In this document: positions 1 to 12,430 of the stretch, in pieces | Layout: the number at the start of each line of letters is the position of its first letter | Numbering within the stretch: the stretch's first letter is position 1 | Source of the DNA: Torpedo marmorata | Lineage: Eukaryota | DNA: 64,000 bases | Reading direction: 5' to 3' | NCBI GenBank assembly: GCA_977017645.1 | Contig: OZ360223.1 | Span: 28,768,001-28,832,000, forward strand | Program-made: the position numbers and the translations under genes | The notes under the pieces: generated by a model | Seen by the model: the letters and a program-made list of their open reading frames with translations, nothing else | Database searches by the model: none | What the model was told of the DNA's origin: nothing

Positions 1-729
1 GTGAAGCCGCAGATTCACAAAAGCAATACTCCAGGTTAAATTAATTAATGGCTGATTTTTTTAATCTTCGGTCTAATTTCTGGGCATGGTTGGGCATAAC
101 ACTGACCACCATCTTTTTAGACAAGGGTAATAGGGACTCACACTATTAACCAAAATGCATTGACATTAATCAGGATTTGTTAAAGATTTGGATACATTGG
201 CTGAATTTGTTATTTATAATCTTATTTAAATATTGTAATGAGATTAGTTTTCACAATATTATTATCTGGAGATGAGTAATCAAAATTTGGAGTTTCAATT
301 TCCAGTTTGGTATCTGATTTTTTTTTCTCCATCTGGTTTACTGCAGACATGATGTTGACATCTCTGTTTAATACTGTACCATGAATTTATTGGCAGTTCT
401 ATGATAGTGTGTTTATAATTCCAATTACTTTTTCAAATGCAAACTCTGCAGTATGATTTTGTCTTAATTCAATGTCTTACCACAATTGAGATAAACAATT
501 TTAAAAGAAAACTTGTTCATTATTCGAGCACAATGTGAGCTCTGAAAAATCCTTTGGTGACTGCCAAAATCAGCCAGCATAGGATTTCTTGCCAGCAATT
601 TTAATACAGCATCTAAATTTCCCACTGTTTGCTGAATGCTTTAATTGATTAATAAAGTGTACAGAAAGTAGATTTTCTTTTTGCAGTCATCCAATTCTAT
701 TCTGCCACATAACAGTAATTTGAATTGTA

Positions 730-2945
730 ATCATAGCATGAAACAGGCTGTTCGGCCCAACTTGTCTGTGCCGACCAAGTTGGTATCTGAACTACTCTCA
801 TTTGCCTACATTTTAGATTCAGATTTCAGATTCATTGTCAGAGTACATACATGACATCACATACAACCCTGAGATTCCTTTTTCCTGCAGGCGCGGCAGA
901 ATTACCACTAATTGGTAGTGCAAAAAATAAACTGTACACAGCGTAAACATGTAAAAAAACAAAGAACTGTAAACAAACTGACTGTGCAATACAGAGAGAA
1001 CAAAAAGAAAATCAATAAAGTGCACAAATAAGAGTCCTTAAATGAGTCTCTGATTGAGTTTGTTGTTGGGGAGTCTGATGGTGGAGGGGTAGCAGCTGTT
1101 CCTGAACCTGGTGGTGTGAGTCTTGTGGCACCTATACCTCTTTCCTGATGGCAGCAGCGAGAACAGAGTATGTGCTGGGTAGTGTGGGTCTTTGATGATT
1201 GCTGCTGCTCTCCGACGGCAGCGTTCCCTGTAGATGTGCTCAATAGTGGGGAGGGTTTTGCCTGTGATGTCGTGGGCTGTGTCCACTACCTTTTGGAGGG
1301 CTTTATGCTCAGGGGTATTGGTGTTTCCATACCAGACCACGATGCAGCCAGTCGGCACACTTTCCACCACACCTCTGTAGAAATTTGCCAGGGTTTCTGA
1401 TGTCATGCCAAACCTCCGCAAACTCTTGAGGAAGTAGCGGCGCTGACGTGCTTTCTTCACGATGCCATTGGTGTGTTGGGTCCAGGAAAGATCCTCTGAG
1501 ATAGTGACTCCCAAGAACTTAAATTTTCTCACCCTCTCCACCTCTGATCCCCAATGATCACTGGATTGTATACCTCTGGCTTTCCTTTCCTGAAGTCAAC
1601 AATCAGCTCCTTAGTTTTGGTGACATTGAGTGCAAGGTTGTTGTTGGTGCACCATTCAGCCAAGTTTTCAATCTCCATCCTGTATGCTGACTCTCATCCC
1701 CTTCCTTTATACAACCCACTACCGTGGTATCGTCGGCAAATTTGTAGATGTTGTTATTGTCGTACCGAGCTACACAGTCGTAGGTGTAAAGTGAGCAGGG
1801 GGCTAAGAACACAGCCCTGTGGTGCTCCGGTACTGATGGAGATTGTGGAGGAGAAGTTCTTACCAATCTTCACTGATTGTGGTCTGGAGGTGAGGAAATC
1901 CATGATCCAATTACACAGTGGGGTGTTAACTCCCAGGTCTTGGAGTTTGCTGATCAGTTTTGAGGGGATGATGGTGTTAAATGCCGAACTGTAGTCGATA
2001 AAGAGCATCCTGATGTATGCATCTTTGCTGTCCAGGTGTTGCAGGGCTTTGTGTAGAGCCAGTGAGATGGCATCCGCCGTAGACCTGTTTCTACGATAGG
2101 CGAACTGGAATGTATCCATGTCACCGCTCAGACAGGAGCTGATATGCTTCATCACCAGCCTTTCAAAACACTTCATCACTGTTGATGTAAGTGCTACTGG
2201 TCGATAGTCATTAAGGCAGGTTACTGCACTCTTCTTGGGCGCTGGTATGATTGACGCCTGTTTGAAACAGATGGGTACCACGCCCTGCTGGAGTGAGATA
2301 TTGAAGATATCCGTGAATACCTTGGTAAGTTTGTCAGCACAGATTTTTAATACTCGGCCAGGTACCCCATCCGGGCCGGATGCTTTCCTCGGATTCACTC
2401 TCCTGAAGGCAGCACACACGTCATCCTCATATACGGACAGGATGGGATGATCAGGGGACGTGGGGATGCGGAGGGGTGGTTCTTCGCTGTTACAGTCATC
2501 AAATCGGATGTAGAGGCGTTGAGTTTCTCTGGGAGAGAAGCTTTGCCGTCAGCTACTTTACCGGATTTGGTTTTGTAACAGGTTATGACATTCAGACCCT
2601 GCCACAGCTGTCGGGTGTCCCTCGTTGTTTCCATTTTCATCCGGAATCTCCACTTCGCCCGGGAGATAGCTTTCCTGTATTTGGTAGCATTTGGTCCATA
2701 TCCTTCTCAATCCTTTCCATGCATAACTCAGTCTAATTGTCTTTAAAAGTCCATAATTGTACCCATTTCTATGGGTTCCCCTGGAAGCTTGTTCCAGATA
2801 TGGACTACTCTCAGAGAAAACGTTGCCCCTCAGGTCTCTCTTAAATCTCTCCACCCTCATCTCAAACCTGTACTCCTTAGTTTTAGAATCATTTACCCTT
2901 GGAAAAAGACAGTTATCATTCACTTTATCCAAGATCCTCAGATTT
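730..2945 (-). mobile_element. Old CR1 LINE 3' fragment, split by a Rex1 insertion (pieces about 730-815 and 2680-2945)
   Basis: The CR1 3'UTR (ggcccaacttgtc..catttgcctacattt) resumes as gcatttggtccatatcc after the Rex1 copy. ORF 2558-2932 contains the CR1 ORF2 C-terminal motif (LFPRVNDSKTKEYRFEMRVERFKRDLRGN). Confidence 0.7.
817..2678 (-). mobile_element. Rex1/Babar LINE, 5'-truncated and frameshifted RT with 3'UTR and (CTGAAAT)n-like tail
   Basis: ORFs 1754-2419 ([33 protein letters not shown]), 1603-1866 (KFADD) and 1038-1541 (KFLGV..DLSW, TTRFRNS) are typical Rex1 RT segments. Confidence 0.92.
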
Positions 2946-2951
2946 TATATA

Positions 2952-3164
2952 CAGTAAAACCCCTGTTATCTGGAATTCAAGTGGCAGCCTCAAGCAACCG
3001 GCAAAAAAATCATGGAAAATAAATACCGGTAGGTAAAAAACACGGTTTAAAATTGGCACGCCTCGCTGTTAGTTCACCAATTCACGCAACACGCAATCTC
3101 AAGCAACCGTAAAATTCACTTATACGGCATCTACCAATCTCTATAGGTGTCGGATACCAGGGGT
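2952..3164. mobile_element. Tc1/mariner (Tigger-like) MITE with damaged right TIR
   Basis: TA|CAGTAAAACCCC terminus; same family as the complete copy at 10437-10639. Confidence 0.7.
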
Positions 3165-3612
3165 CATACATGTTCAGTCCTCAGCCCATAACACTCCAAG
3201 GAATAAAGTCCCAGCCTCCCTCCATATCTCAAGCCCTCCAGTTCAGGTAACCAATGGTGCCTTTAAAAAAGCAACAATTTGGGCAGCCACACCTGATAGT
3301 GCGCCATCAGGAATTCCAAGAGAGATAGTGGATTTTCAGAGTTTACAGTATTCGTTTGGTTTGTGTGTTAAACTCCTGTTATGAAAGTTGAAGGCACAAA
3401 CTTCTGACCATAAAGAGCAAAGAAAAACTGGCAGGCTTACTGTGTGGAACCACCAGCCCACATTTCCCCTGCTGACCTCTCCTTTCGAATGCAGTCTATG
3501 ATACAAAGTGACAATCAGGGTACTTGTGTAAACAACTGGAAATCTCACAATGAAGGTAGGCATCCTTGCAGAAACTTACCTCCAGTTTTGGTTCTGCCCA
3601 GCTGAAACATTA

Positions 3613-4317
3613 GGCCTTTTCACACCGCCGATTACTGCCAACCCTCCTTGTTCCCGGGAAGGCTGCACCTCTAGGGCCTTTCACTCTGCGGCATGAAGGC
3701 TGCGGACTGCTGGAGGCTGGCTCGAACTGGCTGGAGGAGTACCAGGTATCAGAACCAGGATGTGAGGGGGTGCCGAGGGTGACCTGACCGTGTTGGAGGT
3801 TCGGATCTAGAGCTCGGGATGCCGATCGTTTGGACTGGACTCTGTGTGGCTGCGGAAGCGCTGGAGGCGAATCTATGGACACTCGGTGACTCTGGGGGGA
3901 CTCTCTTTTGCTTCTCTTTCTCTGACTGTAAGGAATGTTAGAGGCGCTTAGGCAATTTCTGCCGATGGCGAATCTGTAACTGCCTTGCAGCAGGCAAAAA
4001 GAAATTTTGTGGTATATGACACTGTCTTATTGCTGTGACAATAAATTGAATCTTGAATCTTGAATTACCTGGTAAATCAGCAACTGGGGATTTTAAGCTC
4101 CAGTAGTGACAATGTGAGAGCAGGTTATGCTTTCACACCGCCAGAAGGCAATTGGCGGGCTCCGAGAGTACCCTCCCCCCCACCCCCCATTTCTCCGAGC
4201 CCGGTTGAATTTGATCTGCCCTGCCCGGTTAGGACTTTTCACACCGCACGATTACCAGGTAAGTTACCGGGTAAATTGCCCGGTTAACCCACATGTACTC
4301 GGCGGTGTGAAAGGGCC
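3613..4317. mobile_element. Non-autonomous DNA transposon (TIR GGCCYTTTCACACCGCCG, TA-flanked; PIF/Harbinger-like ends), interrupted by a GC-rich retroposon
   Basis: Terminal inverted repeats ggccttttcacaccgccg / cggcggtgtgaaagggcc; related copy in the opposite orientation at 39507-40294. Confidence 0.75.
3693..4045 (+). mobile_element. GC-rich non-autonomous retroposon, 5'-truncated copy 1, (GAATCTT)n tail
   Basis: Near-identical to the 3' part of 24706-25583; ends tgacaataaattgaatcttgaatctt. Confidence 0.85.
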
Positions 4318-5112
4318 TAATATCGTGTCAAAAAGGATTCCAATGTGCATTAGGATGACATTTCATTTTAAAGCAAGCAGCCTATTAACCAGCATAGTGT
4401 TAACTATTTTTAGCCAGGTTTTCTTCAGGAGGAGTGCTTACTCAACAGAAGTGCAACTACTGCTGGCTCCCTTCAGACGTGTCAAACTGGCTGAGCAATA
4501 TTTTTCTTGCTTGAGTTCCTCCCTCATTCTCATGTAATCATCAATAACTTTCAGATCTCTGATCCCTTTGACATCTCTTCCAAAGTCATTATTCACGTAG
4601 ATGTCTCACCAAGGTCTGGTGGCAGGCTATTTAATGCAAGCATCATCAGAGTTGCCCCAATTCTTTTTGACCTCGATTCTTGTTATTCTCAAAAGAGCCA
4701 TTGTGTAAAGCCCTAAAACGTTTGCTGCCTCTCTAATACCAGCATTCAGGAAGGAATCTGGCAGCTCAGACACAGGACCCAGGGACACAGACAAACCTGG
4801 GGCTTGCCGAGACTGTTCATCTCAAATAATTGCTGCTTGTATGTACACATTAAGCTGCGGTCAATGCTGTGACCGTCTCTATGAATTCCCAGCAGCTTTG
4901 TAGAAATTGGTAGCACCCCAAGACTAAGAGAGGTAAATCTGTGACCACCCAGTTTCGAACTCAACGTCGTCACCACATGCACCTCCATTCATGAGGGCAA
5001 AATGAAGTTGAACCTTGAACCTTGTGTCAGTAAGCTGTAGGCATCTGCGACATCCTCACAGATTTTTTACCCTTCTCCTTTATCCAAACCTTCCTCTCCT
5101 TACAAACTATAT

Positions 5113-5365
5113 TTTAAATTTAGACATACAGCACGGTAACAGGCCATTTCGGCCCACGGGTCCGTGCCGCCCAATTTACTCCCAGTTAACCTACACCCCC
5201 GGTACGGTTTGAACGGTGGGAGGAAACCAGAGCCCCTGGGGAAAACCCACGCAGACACGGGAGAACGTACAAACTCCTTACAGACAGCGCGGGATTCGAA
5301 CCCTGGTCCTGATCGCTGGCTCTGTAAAGGCGTTGTGCTAACCGCTACGCTAACTGTGCCACCCC
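5113..5365 (-). mobile_element. tRNA-derived V-SINE (HE1-like)
   Basis: tRNA-like head with A/B boxes, central gtacgttctccccgtgtctgcgtggg domain and CR1-like tail ending gtatgtctaaa(tttaaa); five copies in the window. Confidence 0.85.
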
Positions 5366-5685
5366 ATATGAATTTGAAACTGCTTCAAAATGTCTTTTAT
5401 CGGGAGCAGAATATTGACGTGACAGCTGGAATTCCCAGTTTGTATTACCTAGGTTCATAGGCTCAGCATATAGAATGGTTATCATGTCTATCTGTAGTTT
5501 TCTGCTGTTTCAAGAGCCTTGTCAATTAACAGCCTGCCAGCTAAGATTTGCAAATAAATTATGGGTTTGTGGCAACGGCATCTCTGACAATTATGGATTT
5601 ATAAAGAAATGAAGTTTAACATTTTCTGCTTTTGAGTTTGTGCATTACACATTTTATATTAAATTTAATTTTTTAAATGTTTTAA

Positions 5686-5935
5686 TTAAATTCAAATTTA
5701 GACATACAGCATGGTAACAGGCCCTTTTGGCCTTCAAGCCCGTGCTGCTCAATTACACCCAATTGACCTACAACCCCCAGTGCTTTTTGAACATCAGGAA
5801 GAAACTGGAGCACCCGGAGGAAACCCATGCAGACATGGGGAGAATGTACAAGCTCCTTACAGACAGCGGTGCATTCAAACCCCAGTCCCGGTTGCTGGCG
5901 CTGTAACTGCATTGCACTAACCACTACGTTAACCT
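5686..5935 (-). mobile_element. tRNA-derived V-SINE (HE1-like)
   Basis: Homologous to 5113-5365 but more diverged. Confidence 0.82.
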
Positions 5936-6036
5936 TGTTAAAGCCTTCATTTTTTTCTTATACCAGAAATTCATCTTCCCCTGAACTTGGCCATGATAGG
6001 AATCCTGCATCAAGGCCCATTTTATGTTTGATACAA

Positions 6037-7150
6037 GGGGCGTAGTGGTTAGCGCAGTGCTGTTACAGCGGCAGTGATCGGGACCAGGGTTTGAATCCCG
6101 CGCTGTCTGTAAGGAGTTTGTACTGTTATGGACCATGACTGACCATTTGGACTGCGGATGGTCAGCAGGAAGGATGAAGTATTTTGGAGTATACACTGGG
6201 ACCAGGTACTGAAAGAGTTAACTTGCCCAGGACTTGGTGTACCCAGAGAGAGAGAGAGAGAGAGAGCTGAGAGAGACAGGCTGTGGAAAAGATACTTTGT
6301 TGCACTTTTGCAAAAGCGGTGCAGACCTCTGCAAAAAGCAGACAGTTGGGAGTTGCAAAGGCTAGAGAACACAGCCAAATCCAGGCTTGTGCATCGCAGA
6401 GGAAAAGGCTGGAAGGATAGCACATGGCCTCCTGTCTCAGAGAAATTCTGAGGTAAAGCAACTTCTGTGGAGAACAGGCGTGAGATCAGCGAGACTAGCT
6501 GTGAGATCCAAGCACACGCCTCAATCAGTGGTATACTGATCTGAACTCGCAATCCTTATGAAAACACAAGAAGGGAACGTCATCAGAGAAGAAAAACAAG
6601 TATTTGTAAGCATAAACAGTCATTGTCTCTCTCCAACGTTCATTCAGAAGTACTTCTACCAGACACAGAGCTGAATTTGAAACCTGAACGTAGAGAGTGA
6701 ATTTTGTGGACTGTATTATTCTTTTTTTGACTGACTTGTTTTTATGACTGACCTGGGGTTTTTGGGGAAAGTTTTTCCATTTTTACATAAGGGTTGGGCA
6801 CAGACTGTAATGGTCTGGGCTTTACACAGACAGACACACACACACACCTTTTAGATAAGAATAGTGTTTATAGACGTTTATAGTGGGGTTAATTGTTGTG
6901 AAATTATATGTTTAATTGTCTTTAATAAATATAAATTTCAATTTTACCCCTTTTGCATTGCGTCTTCTGTCGTTGCTGATTTGATTTTGTAACAGTACGT
7001 TCTCCCCGTGTCTGCGTGGGTTTTCCCTGGGGGCTCCGGTTTCCTCCCACCGTTCAAAACGTACCAGGGGTTGTAGGTTAATTGGGCGGCATGGGCTTGT
7101 GGGCTGAAATGGCTTGTTACCATGCTGTATGTCTAAACTTAAATTTAAAT
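6037..7150 (+). mobile_element. tRNA-derived V-SINE (HE1-like) split by a solo LTR (pieces 6037-6123 and 6995-7150)
   Basis: The SINE sequence ...gagtttGTAC|GTACgttctcccc... is continuous across the LTR insertion. Confidence 0.85.
6124..6994 (+). mobile_element. Solo LTR, about 870 bp (ERV or Gypsy), 4-bp TSD GTAC
   Basis: TGTTA...TAACA ends, TSD at 6120-6123 and 6995-6998, AATAAA near 6924; second copy at 23589-24485. Confidence 0.88.
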
Positions 7151-7595
7151 GATACCAAGGGGAGCAGTTGGTGGAAGTCTGCTTTGCAGTACCTTTCTTC
7201 TGTTGTTATTTGTGTTATTTAAAATACCAAATGTTCTCTGGAGAAAATAATGTTTACAAGGCACAGTTGTGGGGTCTTTCCATTTAATTGCACTGTGTTA
7301 AGTTAAAGTGGTTTAGAACTTGGAAGACAGACCATTCAGCCCATCAAGACTCTTCTACCAATCATTGAGACCAGGAGATCCAGTAAAAAAAGTGACTGAA
7401 ACCAAACACCTTAATTCTTTTCTCCAATGCTCCTCTCCTCCTCTACCCAAAACTTTGAACCAGAAACCTTTGAAAGATGAATAATCATACCAGATCTACT
7501 GATTCTAACAGCTTTACAATGACTTTTGCAAGTTTGGTTTGGGGATACAGAAGCTAATGCATTTAGATCGTTCCTCAGTACACTGCAGATTTATA

Positions 7596-7942
7596 CAGTA
7601 GAAGTCCGAAAATCCCGACTGCTCGGGGATTGGGTCCATCCGGATTTTTGGATTTTCCAGATTCTCGGGCAGTACTTTTAAAATTCAAATTTAAGGAGGA
7701 ATAAAGAAGAGATGAACAGGTAAATTTTGATAGTTTATTCATTAGCAAATGCAGAATGCTTCATTTATCAAAACGAGCATTTTTAAAGAAAAATAAAGTG
7801 GTCGCTTGTTGCCGCTGTGCATCTGTGGTGCTTACGCGTGCACACAAAAGGCTGCTAAATTTAAAAAGTTTGAGAGTTTTCGAAAATTACAAATTCTCGG
7901 GTGGTCCGGATTTCTGGCATCTGGGTTTTTGGACTTCTACTG
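7596..7942. mobile_element. Tc1/mariner-type MITE, TA TSD
   Basis: TA|CAGTAGAAGTCC ... GGACTTCTACTG|TA. Confidence 0.85.
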
Positions 7943-8777
7943 TAATATACACACTGCAGGAAATCCTTGTTCAACAAAGGAACAGAATCAACTTTTAAAA
8001 ATCTTAGTTAAATATTGCTGTGATATTATACAGTAGATATCGCAGAAATGGTTAAAAATAAGCCTGCTAACTGAATCCAAAATGCATTGGATTTGTGTCC
8101 TGATGCTGGAAATCTCTCTAGAGAGGCATTTAATTAGTGTAAAGTCTGCATGAAAAATAACCATCGTTTTCTTTAAAGAACATAGAGTGGCGCTAATAAT
8201 ATCTTGGAAAAATGAGCAGCAGCGTGGTAAATGTAGCAATTTTCAAATAGCAAAGTGTTGAGTGACTCCCAGCAAATGATAAATAAATATCATAGGAGGG
8301 GAATATAAAGGTGGTCTGCAGGCAGGCCTGAACACCTGACATTTTGGCTTTCTGAACATATTCTCACATAACTTGAGAAAGGAAATTAGATACTTATTTG
8401 AAGCGGGAAAAAAAACATTACAGAGGGCTGGGAAAGCGGCAGAGGTCTGGATAGCTTATCTAGGATACTGGTAATGTTTTGCACAGGAAATTAAAAGAAT
8501 AATATGGTTTGAAGGAACCAAAACTTTAGTCTGAGGAAATAATTAAGAAGCAATGTTCCAAACACTTTCAACAGAAGGAGCCATTGTCTCACCACAGGAG
8601 TGCTCACCACTGCTGTTTGAATATTTTAAATGATTTAATTTGTGCACGACTAAATATTACAAACAGAAAATTATGGAAATACTCTGCAGGTTAGAAAACA
8701 TCACAACTAGGTCCCTTGGTGATCATTTCCCATTTCCTTTTCAGGAATGCTCACCGCGGCACCTTCTCCTTGTTTTG

Positions 8778-9060
8778 TAGGTGCCGCCTTTCAGAGAAAG
8801 AGCTGAGCTTGCTATCTCGCGTGGGCCACATTTCTCAAGGTTCTATTTTGAAGAAGATCATGGAAGTATTCCCAGTGCCCTGGCCAATATTTATCCCTCA
8901 CTCAGCAATACTAAAAACAGATTATGTGGGAGCTTGTTTTGTGCACATTGCCTGCTTGGTTTTACATTGTATAAAATTGCATCTTAGAGTTATTTTAATC
9001 GGTTATGAACTACTTCGTGATTTCCTGACTTTGATGTCAAATGTATTTTTAAGAGCATCT
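8778..9060 (+). mobile_element. Ancient Deu-domain SINE remnant (AmnSINE1/SacSINE1-like)
   Basis: Contains ggtgccgcctttc..., tattttgaagaag..., cctggccaatatttatccctca..ctaaaaacagattat and tgtgggagcttg..tgtgcac, matching my recollection of the Deu-SINE consensus. Confidence 0.6.
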
Positions 9061-10002
9061 ATCTGTCCATAGACGTGTTATTGCCTAATCTGCAGAGAAA
9101 TTCAGCATGTTTCATTGAATTTCAATCTCACATACTTTGCTTCACTTGTGGCCCTGCTGAGCTTAAAACTAAATTATGCTGCATAAAGCTGCAGGCAACT
9201 TTTAAAAAGAATGATGTGCTCTTTACTGAGTGAAATGATACAACATATAATACAATACTCTACAACCTTCAAATGAAAGATAAGTTTTCAGGGTTTAAGG
9301 AAAAACAATACTCAAAGTTTTGTGTTGTTTTCAATCAATACTCTATTTACATTCTTCAATTATCTGAAATTTGAGGAAAGATCTCAGCAACTATACTGAA
9401 AGACTTTTCAAGAAGTAAATAACAGGGCTTGGCACTGGAATAAATAGGCCAGACACAATGAACATCAGACTTTAACTAAAATTCGAAGGATCTTTTAGTA
9501 TTCAGGTTATAATGTCGAGTTGGCTGATTCCAATTTCTGCCGTATTGTGTAATGAGGAATTACATTTGTTATAATAAGATATTTTTATGTGAATATATTC
9601 TAATCTAATTTTGCATAGAACTTGTGATCTTTAGAAATGTATTTAGTTATAATGCTGACTTTTTAAATGCCTCAGTTTTTTTAATCAAATGAGTTGAAAA
9701 ATTTGTCTGAATACTAGTTCAGATAACAAATAATTAGGCCCTGATAACTATTTTAAGGAGATAGGTAACTTTGGGGTGGATTGAAAGGTTTGGTTCATAT
9801 TTAATAGAGCAATAGTAAGATAAATATTCATCAAACTAATTAAGGTAGTAATGAAGAGGCAAGTTCAAGGCACAGACAGTCCACTCCTAATTTTTGTTCC
9901 TGGGTAGTGATCTCACACTGCCGCCATTGTGACTCTCACTGTGGATTCCACAGTTCAGTGGCATTAAATCCTTTCTTTTTGCTTTCTCTGACTCGAGCGT
10001 TC

Positions 10003-10250
10003 CTTCATTCAATAAGAGCATGGCTAATCTGATCGTGGCCTGAGCACTTTCCTCCTGTTCCTAATAACCCTTGATTCCCCTATCGTGTAAAAATCTGTCT
10101 AACTTCGCCTTGAAGATATTCAATGAAACACACACAAGAACAACCGAGGCAGGTGAAATCCAAAGAATCACATACCCCTGAAAGAAAAAAATGTCCTCCT
10201 TATTTCCATCTTAAATGGACAGTTCATATTCTACAACTAAGACCCCTTTG
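10003..10250 (-). mobile_element. Highly diverged CR1 3' fragment
   Basis: cattcaataaga.catggct..taacccttgattcccc..aaaaatctgtct..gccttgaa.atattcaatg resembles CR1 3' ends. Confidence 0.55.
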
Positions 10251-10436
10251 TTCAAACCTATGGTCAAAGAGTTAAGGGGCTTCGTTAAAGAGGTGAGATA
10301 TGTGGAGAGGGTTTTGGCAGGGAAGTAAAGAACTTGAAGCCAAGATAACTACAAGCGCAGCCATTAGTAGTGATAGAATGAAAATCTATGATGTGCAATA
10401 AACGTGCAGTGTTATAAGCCTGTAATATTATTAATA

Positions 10437-10639
10437 CAGTAAAATCCCTGTTATCCGGAATTCAAGCAACCGGCAGAAAAATAGCGGAAAATAAATATGT
10501 AAAAAATACGAAAGTTTAAAATTGGCGCCCCTAGCTGTTAGTTTGCCAATCACGCAACATGCAGTCTCAAGCAACCGGGAAATTCACTTATCCGGCATCT
10601 ACCAATCCCCATAAGTGCCAGATACCGGGAGTTTTACTG
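10437..10639. mobile_element. Tc1/mariner (Tigger-like) MITE
   Basis: TA|CAGTAAAATCCC ... GGGAGTTTTACTG; homologous to 2952-3164. Confidence 0.8.
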
Positions 10640-11185
10640 CAACATAGTTCCACTAATGCCAGTGAAATGAATATTGTAATTCCAATAGTGTGCAACTCAC
10701 AGAAATCTTCCTGAAACCATTTCTCATGTACTGACGGAGGTTTCTTGTGGCAATGTATTAAAGGACAAGATTATTGTATTGTGCTATTCTATGATCTGTG
10801 AAGGCCATGATGTGAGGAAAAGGCTTGGCTAGAAAGATGAAAGAGAGAGAATAGGTGAAAAATAAAATAATTAAAAATGCTGTTAGCACTTAGCATTGAA
10901 TATTCTCGATGATCTGTAAGAATGAAGAACATGATGACAATTGCGTCAAAAGTGCCTATATGGAATTGGAGGAGTAATTGTCAGCAGAAGCATTTATTGG
11001 CAATATCTTGCCTTGTCTCCAGCTTCAAACAAAGTATTCTTCTGACCAGTCCAAATCCAACTGAAGCATTCAAGTTCAAGTTTATCATCATCTCATTGTA
11101 CATATACAACCCGACGAAACAGCACAGAAATACACAATACACTGTACATAATGATCACATAAATAATCAAAATAAATATATATAC

Positions 11186-11560
11186 TGTAGCCGACTGCTA
11201 CGAAGAAACACACACACACAGTGTGGAAGGTTAAGCTCCCTCCTTTATTGAGGCTGAAAATGCTTCTTTTATACAGTTGGAGTTCCCGACGTTTGGTTGA
11301 TTGGTTGACATCAGCCGCATGAATAACAATAGCGGGCGGGAACGTTCTTGCATATGAATACCCTTCTTCCCCAGCCTGGTATTGATCTGTTAGCTGGGCA
11401 GCTTGGCCAGCGCTATTTTAGGGCTGCGGGTCTTGTACTGCTCCAGCTTTCAACCGCGCCGGTTCGCTATGCTAAGGGTCGCATTACAGTGTGTTATGCC
11501 GCTGTTTACTACCGCGTGCGCGATGTGCCAGCTCGATCTCCGCGGTGGCGAGCTGCCACA
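11186..11560 (-). mobile_element. Solo LTR, 375 bp, 4-bp TSD ATAC
   Basis: TGTAGC...GCCACA ends, ATAC at 11182-11185 and 11561-11564, minus-strand AATAAA near 11244, CpG-rich. Confidence 0.75.
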
Positions 11561-11577
11561 ATACTGTAAATATTTGG

Positions 11578-12430
11578 GATCACAAGATAAAGGAACAGAA
11601 GTAGGCCATTCAGCCCATCGAGCCTGTTCCGCAACTCCACCCTGAGCTAAACTGTTCTCATATCTAATTCCAATTTCCGGCCTTTTCCCCATATCCCTTT
11701 ATACCCTGACCATTCAGATACCTATCAATCTCCTCCTTAAAATCCCCCAAAGATTGGGCCTCCACAGCTGTATGTGGCAACGAATTCCACAAATCCACGA
11801 CCCTCTTGCTAAAGAAATTCCTCCTCATCTCGGTTCTAAATGGGTACCCTCTAATTCTGTGCCCTCTTGTCCTGGATTCACCCACCAAGGGAAACATCTT
11901 ATTTCCATCTACTTTGTCCAATCCTTTCAGTATTCGAAATGTTTCTATGAGATCCCCTCTCATTCTTCTATACTCCGATGAATACAGTCCAAGAGCTGCT
12001 AAACGTTCCTCATATGTTAGCCCTTGCATTCCAGGAATCATCCTGGTAAATCTTCTCTGTACTCTTATGCGGCACCTTATCAAAGGCCTTTTGAAAATCC
12101 AAATACACAACATCCACAGCCTCTCCCTTGTCCATCCTACCTAAGATCTCCTCAAAAATTTCCAATAGATTGGTCAGGCAGGATCTTCCCTGTATTTCAT
12201 AACCTCATCCTTGAGGATCAACTCCAAAATCTTACCAACTACTGATGTCAGACTAATAGGCCTATAATTTCCATTTTTCTGCCTCCCTCCTTTCTTAAAC
12301 AGCGGAACTACATTTGCGACCTTCCAATCCTCCGGAGCCATGCCGGAGTCTATTGATTTCTGAAAAATCATTTCTAATGCCTCCACAATCTCCAAATCCA
12401 CCTCCTTCAGAACCCGTGGGTGCACCTCAT
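11578..12430 (-). mobile_element. CR1 LINE 3' fragment with internal deletion
   Basis: ORFs 12174-12425 (PEDWKVANVVPLFKKG..NYRPISLTS) and 11664-12113 (RVQRRFTRMIPG..RGDLIETF..NFFSKRVVDLWNSLP). Confidence 0.9.

Noticed and set aside
5280-5365. tRNA genes
   Set aside because: The tRNA-like sequences are SINE heads fused to the V-domain and LINE-derived tail; no intact cloverleaf.
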